Source: Limnochordia bacterium (lineage in GTDB: Bacteria > Bacillota > Limnochordia > DTU080). From it: a DNA stretch of 64,000 nucleotides. Every line of letters starts with the position of its first letter. Within the stretch, counting starts at the first letter, position 1. The notes beneath the pieces are model-generated. The model did no database searches, was not told the origin of the DNA, and was given only the letters and a program-made list of their open reading frames with translations. Shown one piece after another: positions 9,612-19,986 of the stretch. The position numbers were made by a program, and so were the translations under genes. The stretch is taken from NCBI GenBank assembly GCA_050951545.1, contig JBMNJG010000007.1:128001-192000 (forward strand), given 5' to 3'.

Positions 9612-10673
9612 ATGATGAGGGTGGCTGGGGTGATCTTGGCGGCGGGACTGGGGACCCGCATGAAATCGAATACGGCAAAAGTTCTGCACCGTGTCTGCGG
9701 CCGGCCCATGATAAGCTATGTCGTGGACGCCTTGCGCGGCATTGAGGCCGAGCGTGTTATCGCGGTAGTGGGTCACCAACGTGGGAGAGTGCAGGAGGTG
9801 CTAGGTCCTTCGCTGGAGTATGTTGTACAGGAGCAGCAATTGGGCACAGGGCACGCGGTGATGCAGGCCGATGCGCCACTTCATGACTACCCAGGTGCCG
9901 TTGTGGTGGCGAATGGCGATGTGCCGCTGCTACGAGCAGAGACACTTGCTCGTCTTGTGGAATACCATACAACCCACGAGATGGCGGCGACGGTTTTGAC
10001 AGCGATCGTTCCTGATCCTACGGGTTACGGGCGGGTTTTGCGCGATGATCGTGGAGACGTCCTTCGCATTGTGGAACACAAGGACGCGAGCTCTGAAGAG
10101 CGCGCAGTGCAAGAGATCAACACGGGGATGTATGCTTTCCACGGCCCCTTGCTCTTCCCGTCTTTGGCCCGTCTGAGCAGTGCCAACGCTCAAGGAGAGC
10201 TGTACCTCACTGATATCGTGGAGATCCTTCGGGATAGAGGTCACAGGGTCGGAGCCATAGCGGTCGATGATCCTCGCGAAGGCCTGGGCGTCAACGATCG
10301 CCTGCAACTGGCAGAGGCAGACGTGATCATGCGCCAGAGAGTGCTGCGCGAGCTAATGCTGGCAGGCGTGACTATCATCGATCCCACTACCACCTATATT
10401 GAGCCCACGGTAAGAATAGGCAGAGATTCGGTGGTTCATCCCTTTTCCTATCTCGCAGGGGATACCGAAATTGGCGAGAAATGTTGCATTGGCCCCTATT
10501 GCCACATTCGAGAGGCGCGTGTGGGCGACGGGGTGCGTCTCGGCACTGCCGCTGTGTTGGAGGGTTGTAGAGTAGGCAGTGACGCGATCGTAGGTTCCTC
10601 CGTCCGTCTGGGACCGGGAGCCAGCATCGTTTCCGGGATGCAGTGCCACAGTTGCGACAATGGAGAGGGATAG
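9612..10673 (+). CDS. glmU: GlmU-like GlcNAc-1-P uridyltransferase with a truncated left-handed beta-helix
   Basis: ILAAGLGTRMKS, QLGTGHAV, GDVPL, PTGYGR, EINTG, GELYLTD and GVNDR motifs; located upstream of prs. About 100 aa shorter than canonical GlmU. Confidence 0.85.
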   Translation: MMRVAGVILAAGLGTRMKSNTAKVLHRVCGRPMISYVVDALRGIEAERVIAVVGHQRGRVQEVLGPSLEYVVQEQQLGTGHAVMQADAPLHDYPGAVVVANGDVPLLRAETLARLVEYHTTHEMAATVLTAIVPDPTGYGRVLRDDRGDVLRIVEHKDASSEERAVQEINTGMYAFHGPLLFPSLARLSSANAQGELYLTDIVEILRDRGHRVGAIAVDDPREGLGVNDRLQLAEADVIMRQRVLRELMLAGVTIIDPTTTYIEPTVRIGRDSVVHPFSYLAGDTEIGEKCCIGPYCHIREARVGDGVRLGTAAVLEGCRVGSDAIVGSSVRLGPGASIVSGMQCHSCDNGEG

Positions 10674-10679
10674 GTCAAA

Positions 10680-11621
10680 ATGAACATGAAGAAGGTCAAA
10701 TTGTTTACGGGGACGGCGAATCCGGCACTGGCCTATAAGATCAGCGAGGGTCTGGGTATTCCTATGGGGAGGGCGGTCATAAACCGTTTTCGTGATGGGG
10801 AGATCGACCTGCGTATTGAAGAGACTGTACGTGGTTGCGAAGTGTTCGTAGTGCAGCCCACTTGTAGTCCCGCTGATGCAAATCTTATGGAGCTTTTGGT
10901 CATGATCGATGCTTTGCGTCGGGCATCAGCGAAACACATCGCTGCGGTTATTCCTTATTATGGCTATGCGAGACAGGATCGCAAAGCCAAGCCGCGTGAT
11001 CCCATCTGCGCTAAGCTCGTAGCCAATCTGCTGACGGCAGCGGGGGCCGACCGCGTGCTGACGATGGATCTACATGCTGGTCAGATCCAGGGCTTTTTCG
11101 ATATCCCGGTAGACAATCTGCGTGGGATGCCTATTCTCGCTCGTTACTTCCAAGATAAACAGCTGGACAACGTCGTCGTCGTGTCGCCAGACGTGGGGGG
11201 CGTCAGTCGGGCGCGTCAGCTGTCGGAACGTCTTGGAGCAACTCTGGCGATTATCGACAAGAGGAGACCTGCGGCGAACGTCTCGGAGGTCATGCATGTC
11301 ATTGGGGATGTGCGCGGGTGTACATGCATCGTGGTGGATGATATTATTGACACTGGTGGTACCATTGTGAATGGCGTCGAAGCACTGGTTCAGGCTGGGG
11401 CTCGCGAGGTGTATGCTTGTTGTGTACACCCCGTGTTCTCACACCCCGCCAATGAACGGCTGGAGAGTTCTATGCTTTCAGAAGTGGTGGTCACTGACAG
11501 CATTCCACTTCCACCCGAAAAACGAACGCCTAAGATAAGGGTGTTATCAGTGGCTGGGTTGTTTGCAGAAGCTATTCGTCGTATTGTAGATGAGGTCTCT
11601 GTCAGTGTACTTTTTGACTGA
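10680..11621 (+). CDS. prs: Ribose-phosphate pyrophosphokinase
   Basis: YYGYARQDRK, DLHAGQIQGFF, VSPDVGG and VDDIIDTGGT motifs. Confidence 0.98.
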   Translation: MNMKKVKLFTGTANPALAYKISEGLGIPMGRAVINRFRDGEIDLRIEETVRGCEVFVVQPTCSPADANLMELLVMIDALRRASAKHIAAVIPYYGYARQDRKAKPRDPICAKLVANLLTAAGADRVLTMDLHAGQIQGFFDIPVDNLRGMPILARYFQDKQLDNVVVVSPDVGGVSRARQLSERLGATLAIIDKRRPAANVSEVMHVIGDVRGCTCIVVDDIIDTGGTIVNGVEALVQAGAREVYACCVHPVFSHPANERLESSMLSEVVVTDSIPLPPEKRTPKIRVLSVAGLFAEAIRRIVDEVSVSVLFD

Positions 11622-11664
11622 GGCTGTGTCATTGGCTAAACGTACAACGAGGAGATGGTGGTAG

Positions 11665-12318
11665 ATGGCATCGCTTGCCATTCAGGCGGTAACGCGCCAG
11701 GCGACTGGCAAAGGGGCGGCACGCAGGGCGCGTGCTGCTGGCAAGGCCCCCGCTGTCATGTATGGTGTGGGGATTGACTCTCGGCTGCTGGAGCTCGATG
11801 CGCGCGAGCTCGAGCGGTTGGTTGAACAAGGAGCCCACGGCCGACTTATCACGCTCAGTCTGGACGGCGAGACACGGGCCGTCATCCTGAAAGACGTGCA
11901 GCGTCATCCGGTGAAAGGTACCGTCTTGCACGTCGATTTCCACGCTGTGGCTCTAGACGAGGTCCTTCAGACCTCGGTTGTGGTGATCATCACAGGTGAT
12001 GCCGAGCGTGAAGATGACGGTGGCGTGCTTGTCCATGGCACTCGTGAACTCATTGTAGAGTGCCTGCCCACAGACATCCCTGAACACTTTGAGGCTGATG
12101 TCTCAGGGCTAGAGATCGGCGGAACTGTTCGGGCTGAAGATGTGGTAATGCCTCCTGGCGTCTCGTTGGTTTCTGATCCGGATACGGTTATCGCTTCGGT
12201 TGTTATTCCGAGATCGGTAATCGAAGAAGACGAAGAAGACGAAGAGGAGCAGGCAGAACCTGAACTCATCGGCGAATCCGATGATGACGAAGAGAAGACA
12301 GATAGCGACGACGAATAG
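11665..12318 (+). CDS. rplY: 50S ribosomal protein L25/Ctc
   Basis: GKGAARR.R..G..PAVMYG and QRHPV....LHVDF motifs, acidic tail, prs-ctc-pth synteny. Confidence 0.95.
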   Translation: MASLAIQAVTRQATGKGAARRARAAGKAPAVMYGVGIDSRLLELDARELERLVEQGAHGRLITLSLDGETRAVILKDVQRHPVKGTVLHVDFHAVALDEVLQTSVVVIITGDAEREDDGGVLVHGTRELIVECLPTDIPEHFEADVSGLEIGGTVRAEDVVMPPGVSLVSDPDTVIASVVIPRSVIEEDEEDEEEQAEPELIGESDDDEEKTDSDDE

Positions 12319-12362
12319 CCAGGACCTAGCGCAGTTCTGGCAGAGTGCGGAGGCTAGTGAGT

Positions 12363-12938
12363 GTGAAACTCGTGGTGGGTCTGGGTAACCCCGGAACGCA
12401 GTACGCGAACACAAGGCATAACGTCGGCTACCAGGTCGTGGATCTGTTGGCTCACCGGCTCAATGTGTCGGTTGCCAAGAAAGAGGCGAAGAGCCTAACC
12501 GGGGAGGCTCCATGGGCTGGCACGACGTTGCTTCTGGCCAAACCACAGACATTCATGAATGCCAGTGGCGAGGCGGTGCGGGCTCTGGTGGATTACTATC
12601 GCATCGCCTTGCACGACCTACTGATTATTTATGACGATCTGGATCTACCTCCCGGCAGAATCCGAATGCGAACCAAGGGCAGTCCTGGCGGGCATAATGG
12701 CATCCGTTCTATCATAGACTACATGCACACCGACCTCTTTCCGCGTCTCAAGATAGGAATAGGAGCGGTGCCAGTAGGCACATCTGGCCGCGACTATGTG
12801 CTATCATGCTTTAGCCCGGAAGAGGTATCTCTTATAGAAGATGCGTGCTCTGCAGCAGCAGAAGCGGCTCTGCTATGGGTGGATTTTGGTGTGGAAAAGG
12901 CCATGAGTGTTGCTAATGCGCCAGTCCCCACAGAGTAG
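12363..12938 (+). CDS. pth: Peptidyl-tRNA hydrolase
   Basis: VGLGNPG..Y..TRHNVG, KPQTFMNASG, YDDLDL and GGHNG motifs. Confidence 0.97.
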   Translation: MKLVVGLGNPGTQYANTRHNVGYQVVDLLAHRLNVSVAKKEAKSLTGEAPWAGTTLLLAKPQTFMNASGEAVRALVDYYRIALHDLLIIYDDLDLPPGRIRMRTKGSPGGHNGIRSIIDYMHTDLFPRLKIGIGAVPVGTSGRDYVLSCFSPEEVSLIEDACSAAAEAALLWVDFGVEKAMSVANAPVPTE

Positions 12939-13004
12939 GGGGTCTCACCTGGGTCTGTGGAACCATGCAGTAGGGATGATGCTCACACAGGGCGGGAGTT
13001 GAGG

Positions 13005-13034
13005 TTGACCCTTGCGTGGGGCGTGGCATATAAT
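13005..13034 (+). promoter_or_regulatory. SigA promoter of mfd
   Basis: TTGACC-N18-TATAAT. Confidence 0.6.
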
Positions 13035-13208
13035 AAACTCAAGTGTTAGAGTGTCCTTAAAGACAATTCTGCCAAGGCAGGTGCCCGCGAGGTTTGTAGC
13101 AAGCCTTGCTGGGCACTCTCCGTGCTTCTCCACAGCAGCTCTCACTGAGCCTGATGCCTAGGCATCGGTATTTGGATAACACGCGATGTTTTTCAGGAGG
13201 CGTACTGC

Positions 13209-16200
13209 TTGGCGATTGACGCACTGTTGGGAGTCGTTTCCCAGTCAGCAGAGTTTGCTCAGATACGTGATGGCCTTGCTCGAGCAAGAAGCGAGCAGCT
13301 TGTCTCGGGTCTGTCCGGTAGTCAGAAGAGTCTATATGTGGCGGCATTGTTTCGATCTATCAGTCTTCGACGCGGTATGCCGCTGCTGGTGGTTACGCAC
13401 AGCAGCTGGGAGGCAGACCGTCTGCGTACGGACTTGCTCAGTCTGCTTCCGCCTGATCAAGTGCAGCTGTTTCCAGCTCTTGAGACACTTCCGCATGAGG
13501 AGGTGTCGCGTTCGGTTGAACTGACGCGTGAACGGCTCACGGTCTTAGACAGTATCACCACGGGCAAGTCCGTGTTGGTGGTTGCTTCCGTACAGGCTCT
13601 CAGTGAACGCATTCTCCCTTCTTCGCAGTTGTTTGGGCGCGCTGTGGAGATCGACATGGACAGCCGTGTCGATCTGGCCGATTTCGGCGGCAGACTGGTT
13701 CAGCTGGGCTATGAGAGAGTGGATCGGGTTGATGCCCCTGGTCATTTCAGTATTCGCGGTGGTATCATTGACGTCTTCCCGTTTAGCTTGCCTCAACCCG
13801 TGCGGTTGGAGCTGTTCGACGACGAAGTGGATAGCATCCGTTTCTTCAGTCTCGCCAACCAACGCTCCACTGAGAAGATAGCTAAGGTGCGCATTCCGCC
13901 AGCGCGGGAGTTTCTGTACCCGGAGAGCGATAGAATGGCGGCTCTGGAGAGTATCGAGGCGACTGCTGTGACACAAGTAGCTAAGCTACGCCGTTTGGGG
14001 CATGTCACAGCAGCGGAGTCTCTGTGTAAGCGGGTCGACACCCATTTGGAGAAGCTATCGGAAGGTGTCTTCTTTGAGGGTATGGACCAGTTCAAACCTT
14101 TTTTCCACCAGGCGCTCTGTACCCTCGTGGAGTACTTTCCAGACGATGCGCCAGTAATCGTCGACGAACCAAGCCGTACAGCAGAGCATGCGAGAGCTTT
14201 CGAAAACGAAACTGGCGAGCGACAAGGCCTCCTTTTGGAGAAGGGGCGCACTCTGCCGACAGAGGCTAATCTCTACGCTTCGTGGCCGGATCTTCTGCAT
14301 TCGATGCGCCGCCATCCAACGCTCTTTATGTCGGGACTGCTCAAACGGACACCGGGGGTAGATCCGGTAAGAGTCATCCAGATTGCTTCCCGCACCCCCG
14401 ATATCTACCACGGTCGATTAGACCGACTGGCCGCAGAGGTCAAAGCATGGCGTAGAGCTCGTCTCCACATATGTCTAGTGCTTTCTACGCCCGAGCGGGG
14501 AGCTCGGGTGGTGGAGGCTTTCAAGGACGAAGGTGTGGAGGCGCTTTTTGTTCCTGAGATGAACGGTGAGCTCAAGCGGGGAAATGTGGTGGTTACGCTT
14601 GGTCAGTTGACCTCTGGCGGGGAACTGCCTAGCAGTGGCTTGGTGCTGCTAACCGATAACGAGGTCTTCGGGCGCGAGAAGCGGCGGCGTCGTGTGCGAG
14701 GCGATGAGCCGCGCGGTACGCGCATAGCTGGGTTTGGTGACCTGAAGATTGGCGACTATGTGGTACACGACAACCACGGAATCGGACGCTACCTTGGGGT
14801 CGACACGCTCAGCATTGGCGGGGTACACAAGGATTACCTGGTGGTGCAGTACCAGGGAGAAGACAAACTCTTTGTGCCAACTGATCAGGTCAATCTTCTG
14901 CAGAGATACGTTGGCGTTGAGGGCCACCCCCCAAAGCTATACAAGCTGGGCGGCACGGAATGGACCCGGGTGAAAAAACGCGTCAAAGAGTCTGTGCAAG
15001 AGATGGCCCAGGGACTGTTGCGTCTTTACGCCGAACGGGAGGCAATCTCTGGCTACGCCTTTTCGCCCGATACGGTCTGGCAGCAGCAGTTTGAGGACGC
15101 TTTCCCGTTCCAGGAGACGCCTGACCAACTCAGGGCGATTCAGGAAGTGAAAGCCGACATGGAACAGAGTCGGCCTATGGACCGGTTGCTCTGCGGTGAC
15201 GTGGGCTATGGCAAAACGGAAGTGGCCATTCGGGCTGCCTTTAAGGCGGTGATGGATGGCAAGCAGGTGGCTGTCTTAGTTCCTACCACTATCTTGGCCC
15301 AGCAGCATGGACGCACCTTTCAAGAGCGCTTCAATGGATACCCCATCAAGATTCGAGTCTTGTCGCGCTTCCAGTCAGCGGCTGAACAGACAGCCATCAT
15401 CAAAGGCCTTGCCAAGGGCGATATCGATATCGTGATCGGTACGCATCGTCTGTTGTCTAAGGATGTGGTCTTCAGGGACTTGGGCTTCGTGGTGGTAGAC
15501 GAGGAGCAGCGTTTTGGCGTAGCTCAGAAAGAGCGACTCAAGGAGATCACCAAAAAAGTTGATGTGCTTACTCTTACGGCAACTCCGATACCGCGCACCC
15601 TGCACATGTCGATGGTTGGTGTGCGTGACATGAGTGTGATCGAGACGCCTCCCGAAGACAGGTTTCCCATCCGCACCTACGTTGTCGAGCATGACGAGGA
15701 TATGGTACGTGAGGCTGTCATGCGTGAGATGGTGCGGGATGGCCAGGTGTACTTCGTCTACAACCGTGTCCAGAACATAGACAATATGGCGATGCGCCTA
15801 TCTGCCGTCGTGCCTGAAGCGCGCATCGCGGTAGCCCACGGCCAGATGGATGAAGAGGAGCTTGAGCAGATAATGCTCGAGTTCTTAGATGGTCAGTATG
15901 ATGTCTTGCTGTGTAGCACGATCATTGAAACGGGCATGGACATCAGCAACGTGAACACCCTTATTGTCTATGATGCCGATCACTTGGGATTAGCACAACT
16001 CTACCAGTTACGGGGGCGTGTGGGCCGGTCGAACCGCGTGGCCTACGCCTATTTCACCTACAAGCGCGATAAAGTGCTATCGGAGGATGCCGAAAAGCGT
16101 CTGAGTGCCATCAAGGAGTTCACGGAGCTAGGCTCTGGGTTCCGAATCGCCTTGCGTGATCTCGAGATTCGTGGTGCAGGAAACATCTTGGGACCCGAAC

Positions 16201-16790
16201 AGCATGGCTTCATCGCGACCATTGGTTTTGAGCTCTACTGTAAGCTTCTTGAGGAATCTGTCAAGGAGCTGCGTGGTGAGCTTGTATCACTGCCACCCGA
16301 GCCAGTGATTGACCTCACGGTAGACGCCTATGTACCTGATAGCTACGTGCCCGATTCGCAGCAGAAAGTGGAGATTTACAAGAAGGTAGTCACCTTGCGC
16401 AATCAGAAGGATGTGCAGGAGCTCGAGGAAGAGATAGAAGATCGCTTTGGCGACCTCCCTCAGGCGGTGCGCAATCTGCTTAGTGTAGCGCGTATCAAGG
16501 ATTTCGCCAGGAACCTCGGCGTGAGTGCTATCGCCGTGGAACGTGATGGCGTAGTTTTGAAGCTGCACACGGGGCTGACCATTCCCCGGGACGTGGCCAA
16601 CCATCTGACTCGCCGTTTTAGGGGACGTCTAGTGGTGCTTCCCTCCCGGGCAAACAACGTAAAGTTGCGTTCGCGAGGGCTCACAGATCCGCAGTTGCTG
16701 GCTTTCATAGAGGAAGTTCTCAACGAGATGTATCTGGCGTGGCATGTAGCACCAGCAGCTCGCGAGGCGGCGCTGGTGAATAATCGGTAG
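13209..16790 (+). CDS. mfd: Transcription-repair coupling factor
   Basis: UvrB-like N-terminus, RID (GDYVVH..HGIG), GDVGYGKTEVA, DEEQRFG, TATPIPRT, QLRGRVGR and TRCF C-terminus. Confidence 0.98.
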   Translation: MAIDALLGVVSQSAEFAQIRDGLARARSEQLVSGLSGSQKSLYVAALFRSISLRRGMPLLVVTHSSWEADRLRTDLLSLLPPDQVQLFPALETLPHEEVSRSVELTRERLTVLDSITTGKSVLVVASVQALSERILPSSQLFGRAVEIDMDSRVDLADFGGRLVQLGYERVDRVDAPGHFSIRGGIIDVFPFSLPQPVRLELFDDEVDSIRFFSLANQRSTEKIAKVRIPPAREFLYPESDRMAALESIEATAVTQVAKLRRLGHVTAAESLCKRVDTHLEKLSEGVFFEGMDQFKPFFHQALCTLVEYFPDDAPVIVDEPSRTAEHARAFENETGERQGLLLEKGRTLPTEANLYASWPDLLHSMRRHPTLFMSGLLKRTPGVDPVRVIQIASRTPDIYHGRLDRLAAEVKAWRRARLHICLVLSTPERGARVVEAFKDEGVEALFVPEMNGELKRGNVVVTLGQLTSGGELPSSGLVLLTDNEVFGREKRRRRVRGDEPRGTRIAGFGDLKIGDYVVHDNHGIGRYLGVDTLSIGGVHKDYLVVQYQGEDKLFVPTDQVNLLQRYVGVEGHPPKLYKLGGTEWTRVKKRVKESVQEMAQGLLRLYAEREAISGYAFSPDTVWQQQFEDAFPFQETPDQLRAIQEVKADMEQSRPMDRLLCGDVGYGKTEVAIRAAFKAVMDGKQVAVLVPTTILAQQHGRTFQERFNGYPIKIRVLSRFQSAAEQTAIIKGLAKGDIDIVIGTHRLLSKDVVFRDLGFVVVDEEQRFGVAQKERLKEITKKVDVLTLTATPIPRTLHMSMVGVRDMSVIETPPEDRFPIRTYVVEHDEDMVREAVMREMVRDGQVYFVYNRVQNIDNMAMRLSAVVPEARIAVAHGQMDEEELEQIMLEFLDGQYDVLLCSTIIETGMDISNVNTLIVYDADHLGLAQLYQLRGRVGRSNRVAYAYFTYKRDKVLSEDAEKRLSAIKEFTELGSGFRIALRDLEIRGAGNILGPEQHGFIATIGFELYCKLLEESVKELRGELVSLPPEPVIDLTVDAYVPDSYVPDSQQKVEIYKKVVTLRNQKDVQELEEEIEDRFGDLPQAVRNLLSVARIKDFARNLGVSAIAVERDGVVLKLHTGLTIPRDVANHLTRRFRGRLVVLPSRANNVKLRSRGLTDPQLLAFIEEVLNEMYLAWHVAPAAREAALVNNR

Positions 16791-16911
16791 CGCTGCGTTA
16801 TATACTACCAGCGCCAGAAAGTGCCATGCGCGTTGGAGCGGGCATAGTGTTTCTGGCCGGGGAAGGCATCCGAAGAAGCGGAAACCCCTGCTGGAAGGAG
16901 GTCCCGCAAGT

Positions 16912-17451
16912 TTGAAAGCAACCGGTATTGTACGCCGGATTGACGATTTGGGGCGTGTGGTCATCCCCAAAGAGATACGTCGCACTTTGCGTATTCGGGA
17001 AGGCGATCCCTTAGAGATATTTGTCGACCGAGAGGGTGAAGTAATCCTAAAGAAATATTCTCCCATCGGCGAGCTAAGCGATTTTGCTCAGCAGTATACG
17101 GACTCATTGGCGGAGACGACGGGTCATCTGACGCTGATCACGGACCGCGACGTGGTGGTGGCCGTTTCGGGAGGGGCCAGAAAGGAATGGCTAAACAGGG
17201 ACGTGCATGCTGTCGTTGACACGGCAATGACCAGCAGACAGACTCAAGTTGTGACGAGGCCGAGTGAGGATGAAGGTACCGAGGACATCTGGGATTTTGC
17301 TGCCTGGGTCGTCGCACCGATTATCGCCGAAGGCGATCCAATTGGCGCCGTTATCTTGGGTACGCGAGAGTCAGGGCGCAAGGTAGGCGACCTTGAGGAA
17401 AAACTTGCTGAGACAGCAGCTGGTTTTCTCGCGAAGCAGATGGAGCAGTAG
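16912..17451 (+). CDS. spoVT: Stage V sporulation protein T
   Basis: MKATGIVRRIDDLGRVVIPKEIRRTLRIREGDPLEIF followed by a GAF C-terminus; located after mfd. Confidence 0.97.
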   Translation: MKATGIVRRIDDLGRVVIPKEIRRTLRIREGDPLEIFVDREGEVILKKYSPIGELSDFAQQYTDSLAETTGHLTLITDRDVVVAVSGGARKEWLNRDVHAVVDTAMTSRQTQVVTRPSEDEGTEDIWDFAAWVVAPIIAEGDPIGAVILGTRESGRKVGDLEEKLAETAAGFLAKQMEQ

Positions 17452-17469
17452 GAGACTACGGATCTGGCA

Positions 17470-17497
17470 GAGCCTACCGCATGACGGTAGGCTTTTT
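17470..17497 (+). terminator. Rho-independent terminator
   Basis: AGCCTACCG-catga-CGGTAGGCT-TTTT. Confidence 0.8.
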
Positions 17498-17641
17498 CCT
17501 GTTTTGCAGCACAACTCACAGTAGTAGATCGTCCATATAGCAGGGGTGAGGCCTTGTGTGAAGAAGCAGTTGCCAACAGACGCCTATGAGCGAGTACACA
17601 TGTCCGCACAGCACAACACGATTTTCTAGGGGGAGGATTGC

Positions 17642-18469
17642 ATGATACGTCTATCGGCGTTTGCAGACGAGATCTCCAAGGACCTAACAGAGCAACTCGA
17701 TGTCTTGGAGTCGGAGTCCATTAGGTTTGTGGAACTACGTGGAGTCTGGGGCAAGAACGTGACGAATCTTAGTGACGATGAAGTGGCGACGATTGGTGAG
17801 ACCCTTCGCAGCCGCAATGTGGGGGTGTCGTGTATTGGTTCGCCGATCGCCAAGGTTGGCATTGAGGATGATTTCGAGCCGCATTTTGCCAAGTTTCGGC
17901 GCATCATGACCATCTCTAAGGCTCTGAACGCTCGCTATATCCGAATCTTCTCGTTTTACATACCCGCTGGCGCTGATCCCGCCAAGTATCGTACTGAGGT
18001 ATTGGGCCGTATGCAGACCATGGTGGAGGCAGCTGCGGCGGAAGGCCTTATTCTCCTTCATGAGAATGAGAGTAACATCTATGGCGACACGGGCGAGCGT
18101 TGTGTGGATCTGCTTTCGACTATCGACTCACCGCATTTACGCGCCATCTTTGACCCCGCCAATTTCGTGCAAGTGGGGCAGAGACCATTCGAGGAATGCT
18201 GGGAGGGCATCAAGCCCTATCTTGAGTACTTGCATATCAAAGACGCGGTACTAGCCACACGTAAGGTGGTACCAGCGGGGCACGGCGACGGCGGACTGAG
18301 GCAGATTGTGACCAGTCTGAAGGCCATGGACTTCGACGGGTTTGCTTCTCTGGAACCTCATCTAGCCGCGGCGGGGCGCATGTCAGGCTTCTCGGGGCCC
18401 GACCTCTTCCGGGTCGCAGCCCAGGCGTTCAAGAAGCTGCTGGCGGAAGCGGATCTCGCGTGGTCTTAG
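17642..18469 (+). CDS. Sugar phosphate isomerase/epimerase (TIM barrel)
   Basis: LSAFADEI, IGSPI.K, IRIFSFY, LLHENE, FDPANFVQ, HIKD and LEPHL motifs. Confidence 0.9.
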   Translation: MIRLSAFADEISKDLTEQLDVLESESIRFVELRGVWGKNVTNLSDDEVATIGETLRSRNVGVSCIGSPIAKVGIEDDFEPHFAKFRRIMTISKALNARYIRIFSFYIPAGADPAKYRTEVLGRMQTMVEAAAAEGLILLHENESNIYGDTGERCVDLLSTIDSPHLRAIFDPANFVQVGQRPFEECWEGIKPYLEYLHIKDAVLATRKVVPAGHGDGGLRQIVTSLKAMDFDGFASLEPHLAAAGRMSGFSGPDLFRVAAQAFKKLLAEADLAWS

Positions 18470-19986
18470 GGTTGCTTCTGTGGCTTTTCGGCCCTCTTGG
18501 CCTCGTTCCAGTAGGCATCCATCTCACTTAGCGTCATTTCATCCAGAGTCTGCCCCTTGCGGGCAGCACTCTGTTCTATGAACCGAAAACGACGAGCAAA
18601 TTTCCCTGTTGTTTGGCGTAATGCCGCCTCCGGATCTATCCTAAGATAACGAGCAACATTGACGATCGCGAAGAGGACATCGCCCAACTCCATGCTTCGC
18701 TCACTGTCACTACCTGCAGTGATCACCGCTGCCAGTTCGTCAACTTCCTCGTTTAGCTTGTCCCAGGCACCATCTAAGCTCTCCCACTCAAAGCCGACGA
18801 GCGCGGCTCTCTTTTGTGTCTTCTCGGCGAGCATCAGGGCTGGCAGATGGCGTGGCAGACCGCTGAGCAAACTCTCCTTCTGGGTTGCCTCCTGAACACC
18901 GCTCTCGGATCGCTCCGCCTGTTTGATCGCTTCCCAGTTACGTAACACGGTTTGCGCGTCGGCTGCTTCCACGGTGCCAAAGACATGCGGATGGCGTCTT
19001 TTCATCTTAGCGGTGATAGCGTGTACGACATCGTCTATGGTGAACGCGCCACTCTGTGTGGCCAGCTGGGCGTGGAAGACGACTTGGAGCAATACATCAC
19101 CCAACTCCTCGCACAACGCCTCATAGTCGCGGGCCTCGATGGCATCGATCACCTCATAGGTCTCCTCTATGAGAAAGCGGCCAAGGGAGCTATGGGTCTG
19201 TTCGCGGTCCCATGGACATCCATCGGGAGCCAGCAGTTTCTGCATCACTTCGGTCAATGGATCGAGGGGGTGTACAGACGTGGGACAAGGAGCACCCGGG
19301 ATCTCTGGTACGAGTAGGGAGGTCAAGTGGTCGATGCGCTGCCGATCGACGTCGTGCAGCGGGATGTGGTGTACGTGCTCTTCTGGGACTCCTGCCGCTT
19401 GGATGAGTACCACAGGGGTAGCTGGATCCAGCCTTTCCAACAAGCGGAGCTTGAGTTGGGAGGCCACAAAGCCGTCGTGGAGCTGAAGAAATATGGCAGC
19501 TCGCTGAGGCACCCACTGCTCGGGCCGAAAGGTGAGGGCGTCATAGATCTGTAGCCCGGCAACAGGGTCAAACTGGGTGGCAGTGAGAATGGCATCCAGG
19601 GCACTCATGCTAGGCACGACGGCGACAGTCAATGCTTGGCGCTCAGCCTTTTGCATGATCAGGCGTACGGTGTCTTCGGCGACGAACGGATGCCCCGGAA
19701 CTGCGTAAGCCACTGGCCCCTGGGACGCGGCAGTCAACACCTGGTCAGCAATCTGCTGGTAAAGCTGCTCGAATGTGGTTGCTTGCATATAAAGATCATC
19801 GAAACTAGAGAAGCGTATGCCCCGGGAAGCAAGCTCTTGCACCGTAGGGTGAACAGCTGTCCGCAGAAAGAGCAGCTCTGCGTCCTGAAGAGCTTGCCAA
19901 GCGCCCACTGACAGTTGCTCAAATGCACCGGGGCCAAGTCCGATAATGGTTATAGCAGCTTTTTCACGTCTGTCGTTTGCGCGCAC
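18466..19986 (-). CDS. mazG: YabN-type tetrapyrrole-methylase/MazG nucleoside triphosphate pyrophosphohydrolase
   Basis: IIGLGPG and AVPGHP in the N-domain; GCPWDREQTH.SL, EE.YE, EELGDVLLQVVFH and a second ELGDVLF. Likely GTG start at 19986 after AGGAGG. Confidence 0.93.
   Translation of the reverse strand: MRANDRREKAAITIIGLGPGAFEQLSVGAWQALQDAELLFLRTAVHPTVQELASRGIRFSSFDDLYMQATTFEQLYQQIADQVLTAASQGPVAYAVPGHPFVAEDTVRLIMQKAERQALTVAVVPSMSALDAILTATQFDPVAGLQIYDALTFRPEQWVPQRAAIFLQLHDGFVASQLKLRLLERLDPATPVVLIQAAGVPEEHVHHIPLHDVDRQRIDHLTSLLVPEIPGAPCPTSVHPLDPLTEVMQKLLAPDGCPWDREQTHSSLGRFLIEETYEVIDAIEARDYEALCEELGDVLLQVVFHAQLATQSGAFTIDDVVHAITAKMKRRHPHVFGTVEAADAQTVLRNWEAIKQAERSESGVQEATQKESLLSGLPRHLPALMLAEKTQKRAALVGFEWESLDGAWDKLNEEVDELAAVITAGSDSERSMELGDVLFAIVNVARYLRIDPEAALRQTTGKFARRFRFIEQSAARKGQTLDEMTLSEMDAYWNEAKRAEKPQKQP

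Noticed and set aside
12220-12315. GAAGAC/GAC repeats
   Set aside because: They encode the ordinary acidic tail of L25/Ctc.
16820-16850. SigF/SigG promoter for spoVT (GGGCATAGTG)
   Set aside because: The -10 is plausible but there is no -35 at the correct spacing, so it is too weak to list.
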